A stretch of DNA of 64,000 nucleotides, taken from positions 12,059-76,058 of the forward strand of contig DASXXC010000069.1 in the NCBI GenBank assembly GCA_036503335.1, written 5' to 3'. Origin of the DNA: Thermoanaerobaculia bacterium (GTDB lineage: Bacteria > Acidobacteriota > Thermoanaerobaculia > Multivoradales > UBA5704). A model generated the notes under the pieces. It was not told where the DNA came from and made no database searches. It saw only the letters and a list, made by a program, of their open reading frames with translations. A program made the position numbers and the translations under genes. Below are positions 10,393 through 19,116 of this stretch, in pieces (position 1 is the first letter of the stretch; each line of letters begins with the position of its first letter).

Positions 10393-11856
10393 CTATTGTG
10401 TCACAGCGGCCGGATCGCCCTTGAAGAAGGTCCGGAACGGCCGCCAGTAGCGGGCGGCGAGCGCTCCGGCGGCGAGGGCGGCGGCCGCGAGGGAGGCGAG
10501 GAAGCGCGTCCAGCTCCCCGGCGGGCCCAGCAGGGCCGCCAGGGCGAAGAACGGCAGGGGGACGAGGTACAGCAGAGCGAAATCCCCCACCAGGGTGCGG
10601 AAGCGGGGGCCGAACAGCCGCGCCACCTCCCAGGCCATCAGGAGGTTGCCGGCCAGCAGGTAGTTGGCGGCGCCCATCCCCGGCGCGCCGTAGCGCAGGG
10701 TGAGCAGGATGCCGAAGCCCACCAGGGAGACCAGGTTGAGGATCTCGATCCAGAGCCAGCGGCCATCCCGGTGCTCGGCCTTGAGCATCTCGCCGCCCAG
10801 CATGGTGAATTGATCGAAGAAGGGGATGAAGGCCAGCACCCGCAGGATCGGCGCCGCCACGACCCAGTTTTCTCCCAAGAGGATGCCCAGCGTCCGCTCG
10901 GCGTTGAAGAACAGGAAGTAGCTGGCCACCACCTGGCAGCCGAGGAGCTGCACCGAGCCGAGGCGGAAGAATTCCACGAAGCGTGGCCGGTTATCGATGT
11001 AGGCCATCAGCGTGGGGAAGAAGGCGCGCGGATAGACGATCGTGGCCACCACGAAGGCGATCCAGTAGGAGCGGGCGTAGAGGCCCACCGTTTCGGTGCC
11101 CCGGTACCAGTCGACGATATAGATGTCGATGTAGGTGACGAGCTGCAGGGTGATCCAGATCAGGAAGAGGAAGAAGCTCTTGCGGACGAGGCCGGACGCC
11201 TGGTCCCACTCGACCTTGAGGGGGATCTTCCCCCAGGCCTTGGCCCAGGAGTAGCCGGCGAGGAGCGCGGCGCCCACGAGGTCGCCGATCACCAGGCTCC
11301 AGTGCTGCCATCCCCAAAAGGCGAGAGCCACCGAGACGACGGCCATCACCACGCCGCGCCAGATCTCCGGCGCCACCAGGTTGCCGATGGTCAGCTCGCG
11401 CTCGAAGAAGGCGCGCGGGACCACCGACAGGCCGTCCAGCAGCACCCAGACGGCGAACACCCGCAGCACGAACGGCAGATCGGCGTTGAACGGCCCGCAG
11501 AGGGGCGCCAGCGCCACCAGCGCCAGGGTGATCAGCGCCCCCAGCGCCACCGTGATGGCGAGCACCGTACCGTAGGGCCGGCTCTTGTCGCGCACCAGTT
11601 GATAAGGAAGCCCAAGATCGCGCACGGCCGAGGCCACGGTGACGATGCGCAGCGCCAGCTCGTAGAGGCCATGCCCCTCCGGCAGGATCAGCCGGCCGAG
11701 GGCGATCTTCACCCCGAAGTTGATGCCCAGCCGGGCGAATTGGATCGCGTAGGAGGCGAAGGTCGAGCGGAGGACGCGTTGCTCGGTGGAGCCCTCCCCC
11801 CCGGGCCCCGAAGGGGCGAAGACTTCGTCTAGAGGAGGTTCGCCCAGCGCGCCCAT
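10393..11856 (-). CDS. Polysaccharide flippase (Wzx/MOP-superfamily-like)
   Basis: About 487 aa with multiple TM segments and typical Wzx-like composition. The ATG at 11856 overlaps the upstream gene by 28 nt. The rest of the 795-aa track ORF is an out-of-context extension. Confidence 0.7.
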   Translation of the reverse strand: MGALGEPPLDEVFAPSGPGGEGSTEQRVLRSTFASYAIQFARLGINFGVKIALGRLILPEGHGLYELALRIVTVASAVRDLGLPYQLVRDKSRPYGTVLAITVALGALITLALVALAPLCGPFNADLPFVLRVFAVWVLLDGLSVVPRAFFERELTIGNLVAPEIWRGVVMAVVSVALAFWGWQHWSLVIGDLVGAALLAGYSWAKAWGKIPLKVEWDQASGLVRKSFFLFLIWITLQLVTYIDIYIVDWYRGTETVGLYARSYWIAFVVATIVYPRAFFPTLMAYIDNRPRFVEFFRLGSVQLLGCQVVASYFLFFNAERTLGILLGENWVVAAPILRVLAFIPFFDQFTMLGGEMLKAEHRDGRWLWIEILNLVSLVGFGILLTLRYGAPGMGAANYLLAGNLLMAWEVARLFGPRFRTLVGDFALLYLVPLPFFALAALLGPPGSWTRFLASLAAAALAAGALAARYWRPFRTFFKGDPAAVTQ

Positions 11857-13019
11857 TGCTCGGTGAGGTCCATGCCGGTGGCGAAGTCGAAGGCCGGCCG
11901 GTAGCCCAGGAGACGCCTGGCCTTGTCGATGCGGACGCGGGTACGGGCGCGGAGGAAGCGGATCAGCTCCGGGGTCAGCGGATGGACCGGCAGCTCGTCC
12001 TGCCGCGGGGTGGGGCGGGCGTTGCTCCGCATCTTGGCCTTGATCCGCTGCTGGACGGTCTCCGGGAGGACCGTGCTCGCCATCTCGCGCAGCCAGACCC
12101 CTTCGCGCGTGCGCTCGATCCGCTCGCGCACCGGCTGCTCGCCTTTCAGGATGCGCAAGGCCTCGCCCACCATGTGCGGCTGGGACCTCTTCCAGCTCTT
12201 CCAGAAGGCGAGCGCCTCGGCCTCGGTCATGTCCACGGTCCGCGATTCGGCGCCCAGCATGTGCTCGAAGCGGCCATAGAGCTCGCGCCAGGTCACCGGC
12301 TCCTCGCCGGAGATGAGGAAGGCCTCCCCCACCGCGCCATCCTGGACCGCCGCGAGCAGCATGGCGCTCACCAGGTCGTCCACGTAGACCGCGTTGCCCA
12401 GGCCGTCGCCGCCGTTGACCAGGATCTGCTTGCCGGTCTTGAGGGCGCGGATCACCGCCTCGGTCCAGACGCCGCCATAGGGCCCGTAGACGGCGGTGGG
12501 CTGGAGCACGGCGACCGGCAGGCCCGAGGTGAGGGCGATCTGCTCCGCCTCCATCTTGCTGTCCGAATAGGCGTTGCCGAAGCGGCGCCGGGGGGCGGTC
12601 TCGTCGAGATCGCCATCGCCGGTCTCGCCGTAGACCATCAGGGTGCTCAGATGGATGACCCGCCCCACGCCGGCCGCCTTGGAGGCCTCCAGCACCCGCC
12701 GCGTCCCCTCGCGGTTCACCCAGGCGCGGTGCTTCTGGCTGCCCGAGGTGCCGTAGGCGCAGTGGAAGACGAGGTCGCACCCCTGGATGGCGGTGGCGAG
12801 GTCCGGCGCGCTGCCGATGTCGCCGCGCAGGACCGTCACCGGGAAGCGGGCGAGGCGGGCCGCTCCGGCGAGGTTGCGCACCAGGGCCCGCACCTCGGCG
12901 CCGTGATGGAGCACCAGCCGCTCCACCAGCCGGCCGCCGATGAAGCCGCCGGCGCCGGTGACCAGCACCCGGCGGCCGTTGAGCGCGTCGCCGATCCCAG
13001 CGAGCGGGGCGAGGCTCAC
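11829..13019 (-). CDS. NAD-dependent epimerase/dehydratase (SDR family)
   Basis: GTG start at 13019 lies in a GTGA overlap with the upstream stop. Rossmann motif VLVTGAGGFIGGRL. YSDSK catalytic motif. Confidence 0.85.
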   Translation of the reverse strand: MSLAPLAGIGDALNGRRVLVTGAGGFIGGRLVERLVLHHGAEVRALVRNLAGAARLARFPVTVLRGDIGSAPDLATAIQGCDLVFHCAYGTSGSQKHRAWVNREGTRRVLEASKAAGVGRVIHLSTLMVYGETGDGDLDETAPRRRFGNAYSDSKMEAEQIALTSGLPVAVLQPTAVYGPYGGVWTEAVIRALKTGKQILVNGGDGLGNAVYVDDLVSAMLLAAVQDGAVGEAFLISGEEPVTWRELYGRFEHMLGAESRTVDMTEAEALAFWKSWKRSQPHMVGEALRILKGEQPVRERIERTREGVWLREMASTVLPETVQQRIKAKMRSNARPTPRQDELPVHPLTPELIRFLRARTRVRIDKARRLLGYRPAFDFATGMDLTEQWARWANLL

Positions 13020-14062
13020 GCCACCTGCTCCTTGGCGGCTGCCGGGAGCACCGACCAGGGGAGCTCCAGGAAGCGGCGCTGGGCGTAGCAGGACTCGATC
13101 AGCGCCAGCGACCGCCGCCCCTCCGAGCCGGGCACGAACGGATCGCGCTTGAGGCGGATGGCGCGGGCGAAATCGTCGATCTGGCGGATGAAGGTGTCGA
13201 GGAAGTTGAGCCCTGTCTCCCCGGGACGCCGGGCGCGGCCGGCGAGGGCCACCTCGCTGCCGGCGATCGACAGCCGCACCTCGGGGTCGGAATCCCAGAT
13301 CCCCACTTCCAGCCGCGCCCGCTCGCCCTCGAAGACGCAGGTGTTCCGCAGGTTGCGCGTGCGGCTGATCTCGACCGCGCCGGTGAGGCCGGAGGCGGTG
13401 GTGAGGGTCATCTCGCAGTCGGACTCGACGCCGCCCAGGGCGTCGTCGCGGTAGTCGGTGGCGGTGAGATCCCCCAGCCACCAGAGCAGGAGGTCGAGCA
13501 CGTGGACGCCGAAATCGGCCAGCACGCCGCCGCCGGCCATCTCCTTCTTGAGCAGGAAGTCGGTGGCGAAGGGCCAGCGGGGGATCACCCCCTGGCGCAG
13601 GTCGAAGCGGCGGAGCGGGCCGATCAGGCCGTCGCGCAGCAGGTCGCGCACGAGGAGGGAGGAGTCGAAGAAGCGGAAGTCGAGCCCCACGGCGAGCACG
13701 GCGCGGCCGGCGCGGGCGGCCTCGATCATGGCGTCGCACTCGGCGACCGTCATCGCCATGGGCTTCTCCACCAGCACGGCGACCCCGCGCTTCAGCAGCT
13801 CGATCGACACCGGCGCGTGCAGGCTGTTCGGCAGGGCCACCACGGCGCCGTCGACCTGACCGGGTAGCTCCCGGTAGTCGGTGGCCACCTCGGGCACGCC
13901 GTACTGCTGGGCGAGCGCCTTGGCGCGCTTCTCGTCCGCGTCCACCAGCACCGCGGCCTCCACCCGGCTGGACGCCGCGATGGCGGGCACGTGATGGATC
14001 TGGGCGACGGCGCCGCAGCCGACGACGGCGAGGCGGACCTTGGAAATGTTGGGTTTCGTCAT
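13016..14062 (-). CDS. Gfo/Idh/MocA-family oxidoreductase
   Basis: N-terminal VRLAVVGCGAVAQ Rossmann motif and EKPMA motif. 348 aa. Confidence 0.85.
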   Translation of the reverse strand: MTKPNISKVRLAVVGCGAVAQIHHVPAIAASSRVEAAVLVDADEKRAKALAQQYGVPEVATDYRELPGQVDGAVVALPNSLHAPVSIELLKRGVAVLVEKPMAMTVAECDAMIEAARAGRAVLAVGLDFRFFDSSLLVRDLLRDGLIGPLRRFDLRQGVIPRWPFATDFLLKKEMAGGGVLADFGVHVLDLLLWWLGDLTATDYRDDALGGVESDCEMTLTTASGLTGAVEISRTRNLRNTCVFEGERARLEVGIWDSDPEVRLSIAGSEVALAGRARRPGETGLNFLDTFIRQIDDFARAIRLKRDPFVPGSEGRRSLALIESCYAQRRFLELPWSVLPAAAKEQVA

Positions 14063-14106
14063 GGGACGGCTCTGGGGGACAGGGTACGCCGAAACGGCGG
14101 CGTATG

Positions 14107-14874
14107 TTACCAGAGCCGCGTATGGTCCCGAATCGCCGCCGCCAGCTCGGCCGGAGTCCCCACGTCCCGGTAGGACCCTTGAGGGAATTCGATCCCCTCC
14201 ACCCGCAGCCCCGCCTCGACCGCGGACCGCACCACGGCGCCGATCTGGAACTCGCCCTCTCCGTCCGGCGCCTTCCGTACCGCCTCATGGAGGAAGCGGG
14301 TGAAGACCGGGCTCCAGACGGCAATCAGCCAGTTGAAGCGGAGCGCCGTGGTCTCCGGCCGCACCTCGACGCGCACCACCCGGCCCTCCGCGTCCAGATC
14401 GACCATGTCGGTCGTACGGTGCCGCTCGGTGGGAAAGAGCCCGAGGACGAGATCGGCCCCGGTCGCCGCCTGCCGGGCGATCAGGGGAGCGTAGGCGTCC
14501 ATCGGCTCGAAGAGGACGTCCGGGAAGCCCAGGGCGACGATCGCGTCTTCCACGAACGGGAAGGCCCGGTCGAGCGTCTCCGGCACGCTCCGCGATCCTG
14601 GGATCGAGAGATAGGCGAGCGCCACGTCCGCGATCTCCCCGGTCCCGAAATAGTGGGGGACGTCCTGCTTCGATTCATGGAGCACCATGAAAACCCGCCG
14701 CACCCCGGCCGCCCGGAACCGCTCCAGCAGATAGTGCCCCGCCACCTTGGGCGCCGGCCCGCGAGGGGTCTCCCGGAAACCGATCGGCAGGAGCTCCTTG
14801 CTACAGGGGAGCGGTCCCAGCCGCTCGGCCCGGCCGGCGGCGGGGATGAGGCCAAGGAGGGGGAGAGGGCTCAA
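14107..14874 (-). CDS. Sugar-phosphate nucleotidyltransferase (NTP_transferase family)
   Basis: GLIPAAGRAERL signature near the N-terminus. The only start that keeps this motif is the TTG at 14874, which overlaps the ParE stop (TTGA). Confidence 0.75.
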   Translation of the reverse strand: MSPLPLLGLIPAAGRAERLGPLPCSKELLPIGFRETPRGPAPKVAGHYLLERFRAAGVRRVFMVLHESKQDVPHYFGTGEIADVALAYLSIPGSRSVPETLDRAFPFVEDAIVALGFPDVLFEPMDAYAPLIARQAATGADLVLGLFPTERHRTTDMVDLDAEGRVVRVEVRPETTALRFNWLIAVWSPVFTRFLHEAVRKAPDGEGEFQIGAVVRSAVEAGLRVEGIEFPQGSYRDVGTPAELAAAIRDHTRLW

Positions 14875-15167
14875 AGCTCGGAGGGCTCGGATGGCAGGAG
14901 TCTGGCGCCGTGGACCACGGCGATAACGTCAATCTGGTCTGCCTTGACGCGGTAGATGAGCCGGTACGGCTTCTCGATCACCTCGCGGATGTCAGGGATC
15001 TCGTACTCGGGTACCATGCGCCCTGATCGGGGAAAATCGCTGATCTGTTGAGAGCACCGCGTCAGGCGATCGACCATCCTTTGAGCGTAGAAGGACGAAT
15101 CGCGAGCGATGTAGTCGTAGATGCCAATCAGTTGCGAGATGGCATTGTCCGTCCAGTGGACCTTCAC
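14871..15167 (-). CDS. parE: ParE/RelE-family type II toxin
   Basis: 98 aa. Typical pattern AISQLIGIYDYIARDS...FPRSGRMVPE...YRLIYRV...IDVIAVVHGAR. GTGA overlap with the antitoxin stop. Confidence 0.8.
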   Translation of the reverse strand: MKVHWTDNAISQLIGIYDYIARDSSFYAQRMVDRLTRCSQQISDFPRSGRMVPEYEIPDIREVIEKPYRLIYRVKADQIDVIAVVHGARLLPSEPSEL

Positions 15168-15352
15168 TTCGGCAACCCGAACCTCGCCCGGACCTCTTCA
15201 ACGCTTACGGTCCGGCCGGCGTCACTGTCCCGAAGCCCTGCTTCGATTGCCTGCCGGACATAGATCCTGTACATCAGATCGTCCCAGGTTGCGTTTTCCG
15301 GTAACTCTTCGACCAGACGCTTCGCCTCGTTCTTGACTCTGACGTTTTCCAT
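15164..15352 (-). CDS. Antitoxin partner of the ParE-like toxin
   Basis: 62 aa starting at the ATG at 15352, preceded by AGGAG. 4-nt overlap with the toxin start. The upstream part of the track ORF runs through a REP element. Confidence 0.65.
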   Translation of the reverse strand: MENVRVKNEAKRLVEELPENATWDDLMYRIYVRQAIEAGLRDSDAGRTVSVEEVRARFGLPK

Positions 15353-15380
15353 ACTCCTGATCCTAACACTCTCCGTCGAA

Positions 15381-15576
15381 GAGGGTGTCTCGAAAGGGTA
15401 TCTCCACTGTAGAGACGCCCCGTGGGGCGTCTCCGAGGCGGAGAGGACGGTCCAGTTGTGCCCAGTGCGACCGCGGAGCGTCCGGGAGAACACAGCCGAT
15501 CTCGCCGCTTAGAGACGCCCCACGGGGCGTCTCTACAGTAGGGCCAGACGGAATTGCCACTTTCGAGATACCCTCT
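15381..15576. repeat. REPIN-like element (two inverted GTAG-hairpin REPs plus outer inverted repeats)
   Basis: ctGTAGagacgccccgtggggcgtctc (15407-15433) and its inverted copy gagacgccccacggggcgtctCTACag (15512-15538). Outer arms are gagggtgtctcgaaa (15381-15395) and tttcgagataccctc (15562-15576). Confidence 0.8.
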
Positions 15577-15623
15577 AAGAGGAAAAGGATGTCCGTATCG
15601 AGCAGCGCGGGGGGAACCGTCAT
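15577..15623 (-). pseudogene. vapC: N-terminal remnant of a PIN-domain (VapC) toxin, truncated at the REPIN element
   Basis: MTVPPALLDTDILFLL is a typical PIN N-terminus containing the first catalytic Asp. The reading frame then runs into the REP sequence and no PIN body follows. ATGA overlap with the upstream small ORF. Confidence 0.5.
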
Positions 15624-15799
15624 TCGGAGTCTTCGCGGAAAGAACGGCTCCGATCGAGAGCCATGGCTTCTACCTCGGCGATCTCATCTTCGGAAAGTCC
15701 CTCGTAGACCTCGTGCCAAGCAGCCAGCTTCGCGCCAGGATCACCGCCGCAGAGCTCCTCTTCAAGCGGCTCATTCGAGTCTTTCGAGGTGTCATCCAT
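15620..15799 (-). CDS. Small acidic protein, putative orphan PIN-associated antitoxin (59 aa, below the ORF-track cutoff)
   Basis: Hand translation: MDDTSKDSNEPLEEELCGGDPGAKLAAWHEVYEGLSEDEIAEVEAMALDRSRSFREDSE. Its stop overlaps the vapC-remnant start (ATGA). Confidence 0.4.
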   Translation of the reverse strand: MDDTSKDSNEPLEEELCGGDPGAKLAAWHEVYEGLSEDEIAEVEAMALDRSRSFREDSE

Positions 15800-15835
15800 G
15801 CCTCGATCCTACCACCCGCAGTAAGATCCCGCCCC

Positions 15836-16681
15836 ATGCCCCCGCCCGCCTACGAGTACCTCACCCGCAACGAGGCCGACATGGCCTTCAAACGGCGGGC
15901 GTGGACGATCTTCGAGTGGCTGGGGCCCACGGACGGCCGGACGATCCTCGATTGCGGGTGCGGGCGCGGGTTCTACCTCAAGATGCTGCGCCATCTGGGG
16001 ACCGCCCGGCTTTTCGGGGTCGACCTGGAGCTCCCCTATCTGCGGAAGGCGCGGCGCAATACGGCCCATCTGCCGGCCGTCCTGGTGAGCAACGCCTCGA
16101 TCTACGACCTCCCCTTCCCCGACGAGACCTTCGATGCCGTCCTGCTCTCCGAGATCCTGGAGCACGTGGACCGCGACGTGGACGCCCTGCGCGAGGTCCG
16201 CCGGGTGCTCAAGCCGGGCGGGCTGGCGCTGATCACGGTCCCCCACGCGAACTACCCCTTCTGGTGGGACCCGGTCAACAAGACCCTGGAGTCCCTCTTC
16301 GGCACGCATATCGGCCGCGGACCGCTCGCCGGCATCTGGGCGTTCCACGTCCGCCTCTACACGCCGGAGCAACTGCGGGAGTCGGCGCTCGCGGCGGGCT
16401 TCCAGGTCGAGGAGGAGCGCTCCTTCACCCACCATGCCTTCCCGTTCATCCACAACCTGCTCTACGGGCTGGGCAAGCCGCTGCTCGAATCGGGCATCCT
16501 CGGCCGCGGCCTCGCCGACGCGGCCGACCGCGGCGGCTTCGACCAGGACGGTGGCAGCCCCCTCCACCCCATCAACCTGGGGCTCAGGCTCCTGAACAGG
16601 ATCGACCGTAGGAACCGGATGAACGAGCCGCCGGGGAGATCGACGGTCAATCTGTGCTTGAAAGCGCGAAAAGCGCGGTAG
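15836..16681 (+). CDS. Class I SAM-dependent methyltransferase
   Basis: Start MPPPAYEY at 15836. Motif I ILDCGCGRG. Also FDAVLLSEILEHV and LKPGGLALITVP. Confidence 0.85.
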   Translation: MPPPAYEYLTRNEADMAFKRRAWTIFEWLGPTDGRTILDCGCGRGFYLKMLRHLGTARLFGVDLELPYLRKARRNTAHLPAVLVSNASIYDLPFPDETFDAVLLSEILEHVDRDVDALREVRRVLKPGGLALITVPHANYPFWWDPVNKTLESLFGTHIGRGPLAGIWAFHVRLYTPEQLRESALAAGFQVEEERSFTHHAFPFIHNLLYGLGKPLLESGILGRGLADAADRGGFDQDGGSPLHPINLGLRLLNRIDRRNRMNEPPGRSTVNLCLKARKAR

Positions 16682-16790
16682 GCTATATCCCCTGCGAGGC
16701 AAGCACCTCGCCTGCTCTTTGGATCGGATGCCCGGATTTCGCAGCCTCCGTGACTCGCTCCACCGCGGGTCCGTGCTGAGGAGGATCTTC

Positions 16791-19103
16791 ATGAGCGAGC
16801 CGCGGACTTTCAACGCCCTTCTCGTCTATCCCCGCTTTCCGCTCTCGTACTGGGGGTTCCAGTACGCCCTGGAGCTGACGGGCAAACGCTCGGCGATGCC
16901 GCCCCTGGGCCTGCTCACGGTGGCGGCGATGTTCCCCTCCCACTACCGGCTGCGGGTGGTGGACCTGAACGTCGCCAAGCTCACGGACGAGGACCTCGAC
17001 TGGGCCGATCTCGTGCTCACCTCCACGATGGTGGTGCAGCGGCGCTCGCTGCAGGAGGTGATCGCGCGGTGCAAGCGCCGCGGCAAGCCGGTCGGGGTGG
17101 GCGGACCGCATCCGACCTCGTTCTCCTCCGAGATCCCGGACGCCGACTATTACCTGCTCGACGAGGTCGAGGAGAGCTTCCCCCGCTTCCTCGCCGACTG
17201 GGAGGCGGGACAAGCCGAGCGGGTCTACCGGCCGGCGGCCAAGCCGGCGATCACCCAGACGCCGGTGCCGCGCTTCGATCTCCTCGACCTCGGGGCCTAC
17301 TCCTCGATGGCGCTCCAGTTCTCGCGCGGCTGCCCCTTCGATTGTGAGTTCTGCGACATCACCAAGCTCTTCGGCCGGCTGCCGCGGACGAAGTCGAACG
17401 AGCAGATGGTCGCCGAGCTCGACCGTCTCTACGAGATCGGCTGGCGCGGCCCGGTCTTCCTGGTGGACGACAACTTCATCGGCAACAAGCGCGAGGCGCT
17501 GCGCCTGCTGCCGGAGGTCGCGGCCTGGCAGCGCGCGCGGGGCTATCCGTTCGAGCTCTTCACCGAGGCGAGCGTCAACCTGGCGAAGCTCGAGCCGCTG
17601 ATGGACGCCATGGTGGAGGCGGGATTCAACATGGTGTTCCTGGGGATCGAGAGCCCCAACCCCGAGGCCCTGAAGCGGACCAAGAAGACCCAGAACGTCG
17701 ACAAGGCGGACGATCACTACCTCCTCCACGCCGTGCGCACCCTGCAGCGCAAGGGGCTGGAGGTGAGCGGCGGCTTCATCCTCGGCCTCGACGCCGACGG
17801 CCCGGAGGTCTTCGACGCCCAGATCGACTTCATCCAGGAGGCGGGCATCCCGCGCGCCATGGTGGGCCTGCTCACCGCGCTGCGCGGCACCGACCTCTAC
17901 GATCGCCTGGAAGCCGAGGGGCGCCTGCTGGACGAGTCGAGCGGCAACAACGTGGAGATCGCCCTCAACTTCAAGCCGCAGCTCGACCCCAAAGTGCTGA
18001 TCGACGGCTACCGGCGGGTGCTCGCGACCCTCTACGATCCCGGCCTGCGCAGCTATTTCGAACGCTGCTGGACGCTGATGTCGAACCTCGGCTCCAGGGC
18101 CGGCCGCAAGCCCCGCCCGGTGGGGCAGGACGACCTGCTGATCGTCCTGCGCTCGGTGCGGCGCCAGCTCTTCTCGCGCCAGGGGCCGGCGTACGCGGGG
18201 TTCCTCCTGCGCACGCTCCTCCGCCGGCCACAGCACCTCCCGCAGGCGGTCACCCTGGCGGTCATGGGCCTGCACTTCCAGAAGCTCACGCTCCAGATGC
18301 TGGCCGCGCACGACTTCCGGGAGGCGGCCCGCGAAAGCTACGACCGGGTGGAGAGGGAGGCGGCGGCGGCCGCGGTGGCGTCCGGCGCCGCCTTGCAGAA
18401 GGCCCTCCGCCGCCATGCTGATCAGACGCTGCGGCGCCTGCGCCACCTCTACCGGCAGCTGCGGCCGGAGCTCCGCCAGGGTCTGCTGCCCGACTGGAGC
18501 ACCCTGGAGGAGTCGATCCGCGCCTGCGTGCGCGAGGCTCCCGTGGGGCAGCTCCTGCAGCGGTGCGGGCTGCGCCTCCGCGAGTGTTTCGCCGCGGCGT
18601 CCTGGCGGAGCTCCCTGACGGCGCAGGGGTATGCCCTGGCCCGGCGCTGGCAGGAAGGCACGGTGCCGCGCAGGCTCGCCGTGGCGCCGCTCCCCGAGCA
18701 GGGGAAGCTGCGGCGCTCGCTGGAGCGCTACCTCCGCGAGCTCGGCGTGCAGGTGACTGCGGCCGGCGAGCAGATGGCGCAGATCGCCCAGGAGGGGCTC
18801 CACCGCTGGCTGGACGAGAGCGGCGCCCCCGACGGGCTGTTGGGCTACCTGCGCGCCGTGGGGCACCGGGTGGACACCGTCGTCGTCCCTCTCGGCGCCG
18901 ATCTCGCCACCTCCGGGGAGCGGGTGCAGGTGCTGGCCGCCCGCCCGGCGGACGAGGCCGTCCGCATGCCGCACCTGGTCTGCGTCCGCTGCGAGCCGGG
19001 CCGGCGGCAGCTCCGCGAGAGCCTCATCGAGCTGGGCGTCGCCCTCACCGGGGACGCCGGCCGCGCCGAGGTCGCCTTCGAGCGGGCCTTCGCGCTGGTC
19101 TAA
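16791..19103 (+). CDS. B12-binding-domain radical SAM protein with a long C-terminal helical extension
   Basis: ATG at 16791 follows GAGGAGGA. N-terminal B12-binding-like region. SRGCPFDCEFC (CX3CX2C). DUF4070-like region, then about 270 Arg/Ala-rich residues. Confidence 0.85.
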   Translation: MSEPRTFNALLVYPRFPLSYWGFQYALELTGKRSAMPPLGLLTVAAMFPSHYRLRVVDLNVAKLTDEDLDWADLVLTSTMVVQRRSLQEVIARCKRRGKPVGVGGPHPTSFSSEIPDADYYLLDEVEESFPRFLADWEAGQAERVYRPAAKPAITQTPVPRFDLLDLGAYSSMALQFSRGCPFDCEFCDITKLFGRLPRTKSNEQMVAELDRLYEIGWRGPVFLVDDNFIGNKREALRLLPEVAAWQRARGYPFELFTEASVNLAKLEPLMDAMVEAGFNMVFLGIESPNPEALKRTKKTQNVDKADDHYLLHAVRTLQRKGLEVSGGFILGLDADGPEVFDAQIDFIQEAGIPRAMVGLLTALRGTDLYDRLEAEGRLLDESSGNNVEIALNFKPQLDPKVLIDGYRRVLATLYDPGLRSYFERCWTLMSNLGSRAGRKPRPVGQDDLLIVLRSVRRQLFSRQGPAYAGFLLRTLLRRPQHLPQAVTLAVMGLHFQKLTLQMLAAHDFREAARESYDRVEREAAAAAVASGAALQKALRRHADQTLRRLRHLYRQLRPELRQGLLPDWSTLEESIRACVREAPVGQLLQRCGLRLRECFAAASWRSSLTAQGYALARRWQEGTVPRRLAVAPLPEQGKLRRSLERYLRELGVQVTAAGEQMAQIAQEGLHRWLDESGAPDGLLGYLRAVGHRVDTVVVPLGADLATSGERVQVLAARPADEAVRMPHLVCVRCEPGRRQLRESLIELGVALTGDAGRAEVAFERAFALV

Positions 19104-19116
19104 ACTAAGACCCTGG

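Noticed and set aside
15554-15835. The N-terminal 94 residues of the 375-aa track ORF preceding the methyltransferase.
   Set aside because: This stretch is a translation of REP sequence and of the antisense of the small antitoxin-like ORF. The methyltransferase fold starts after the ATG at 15836.
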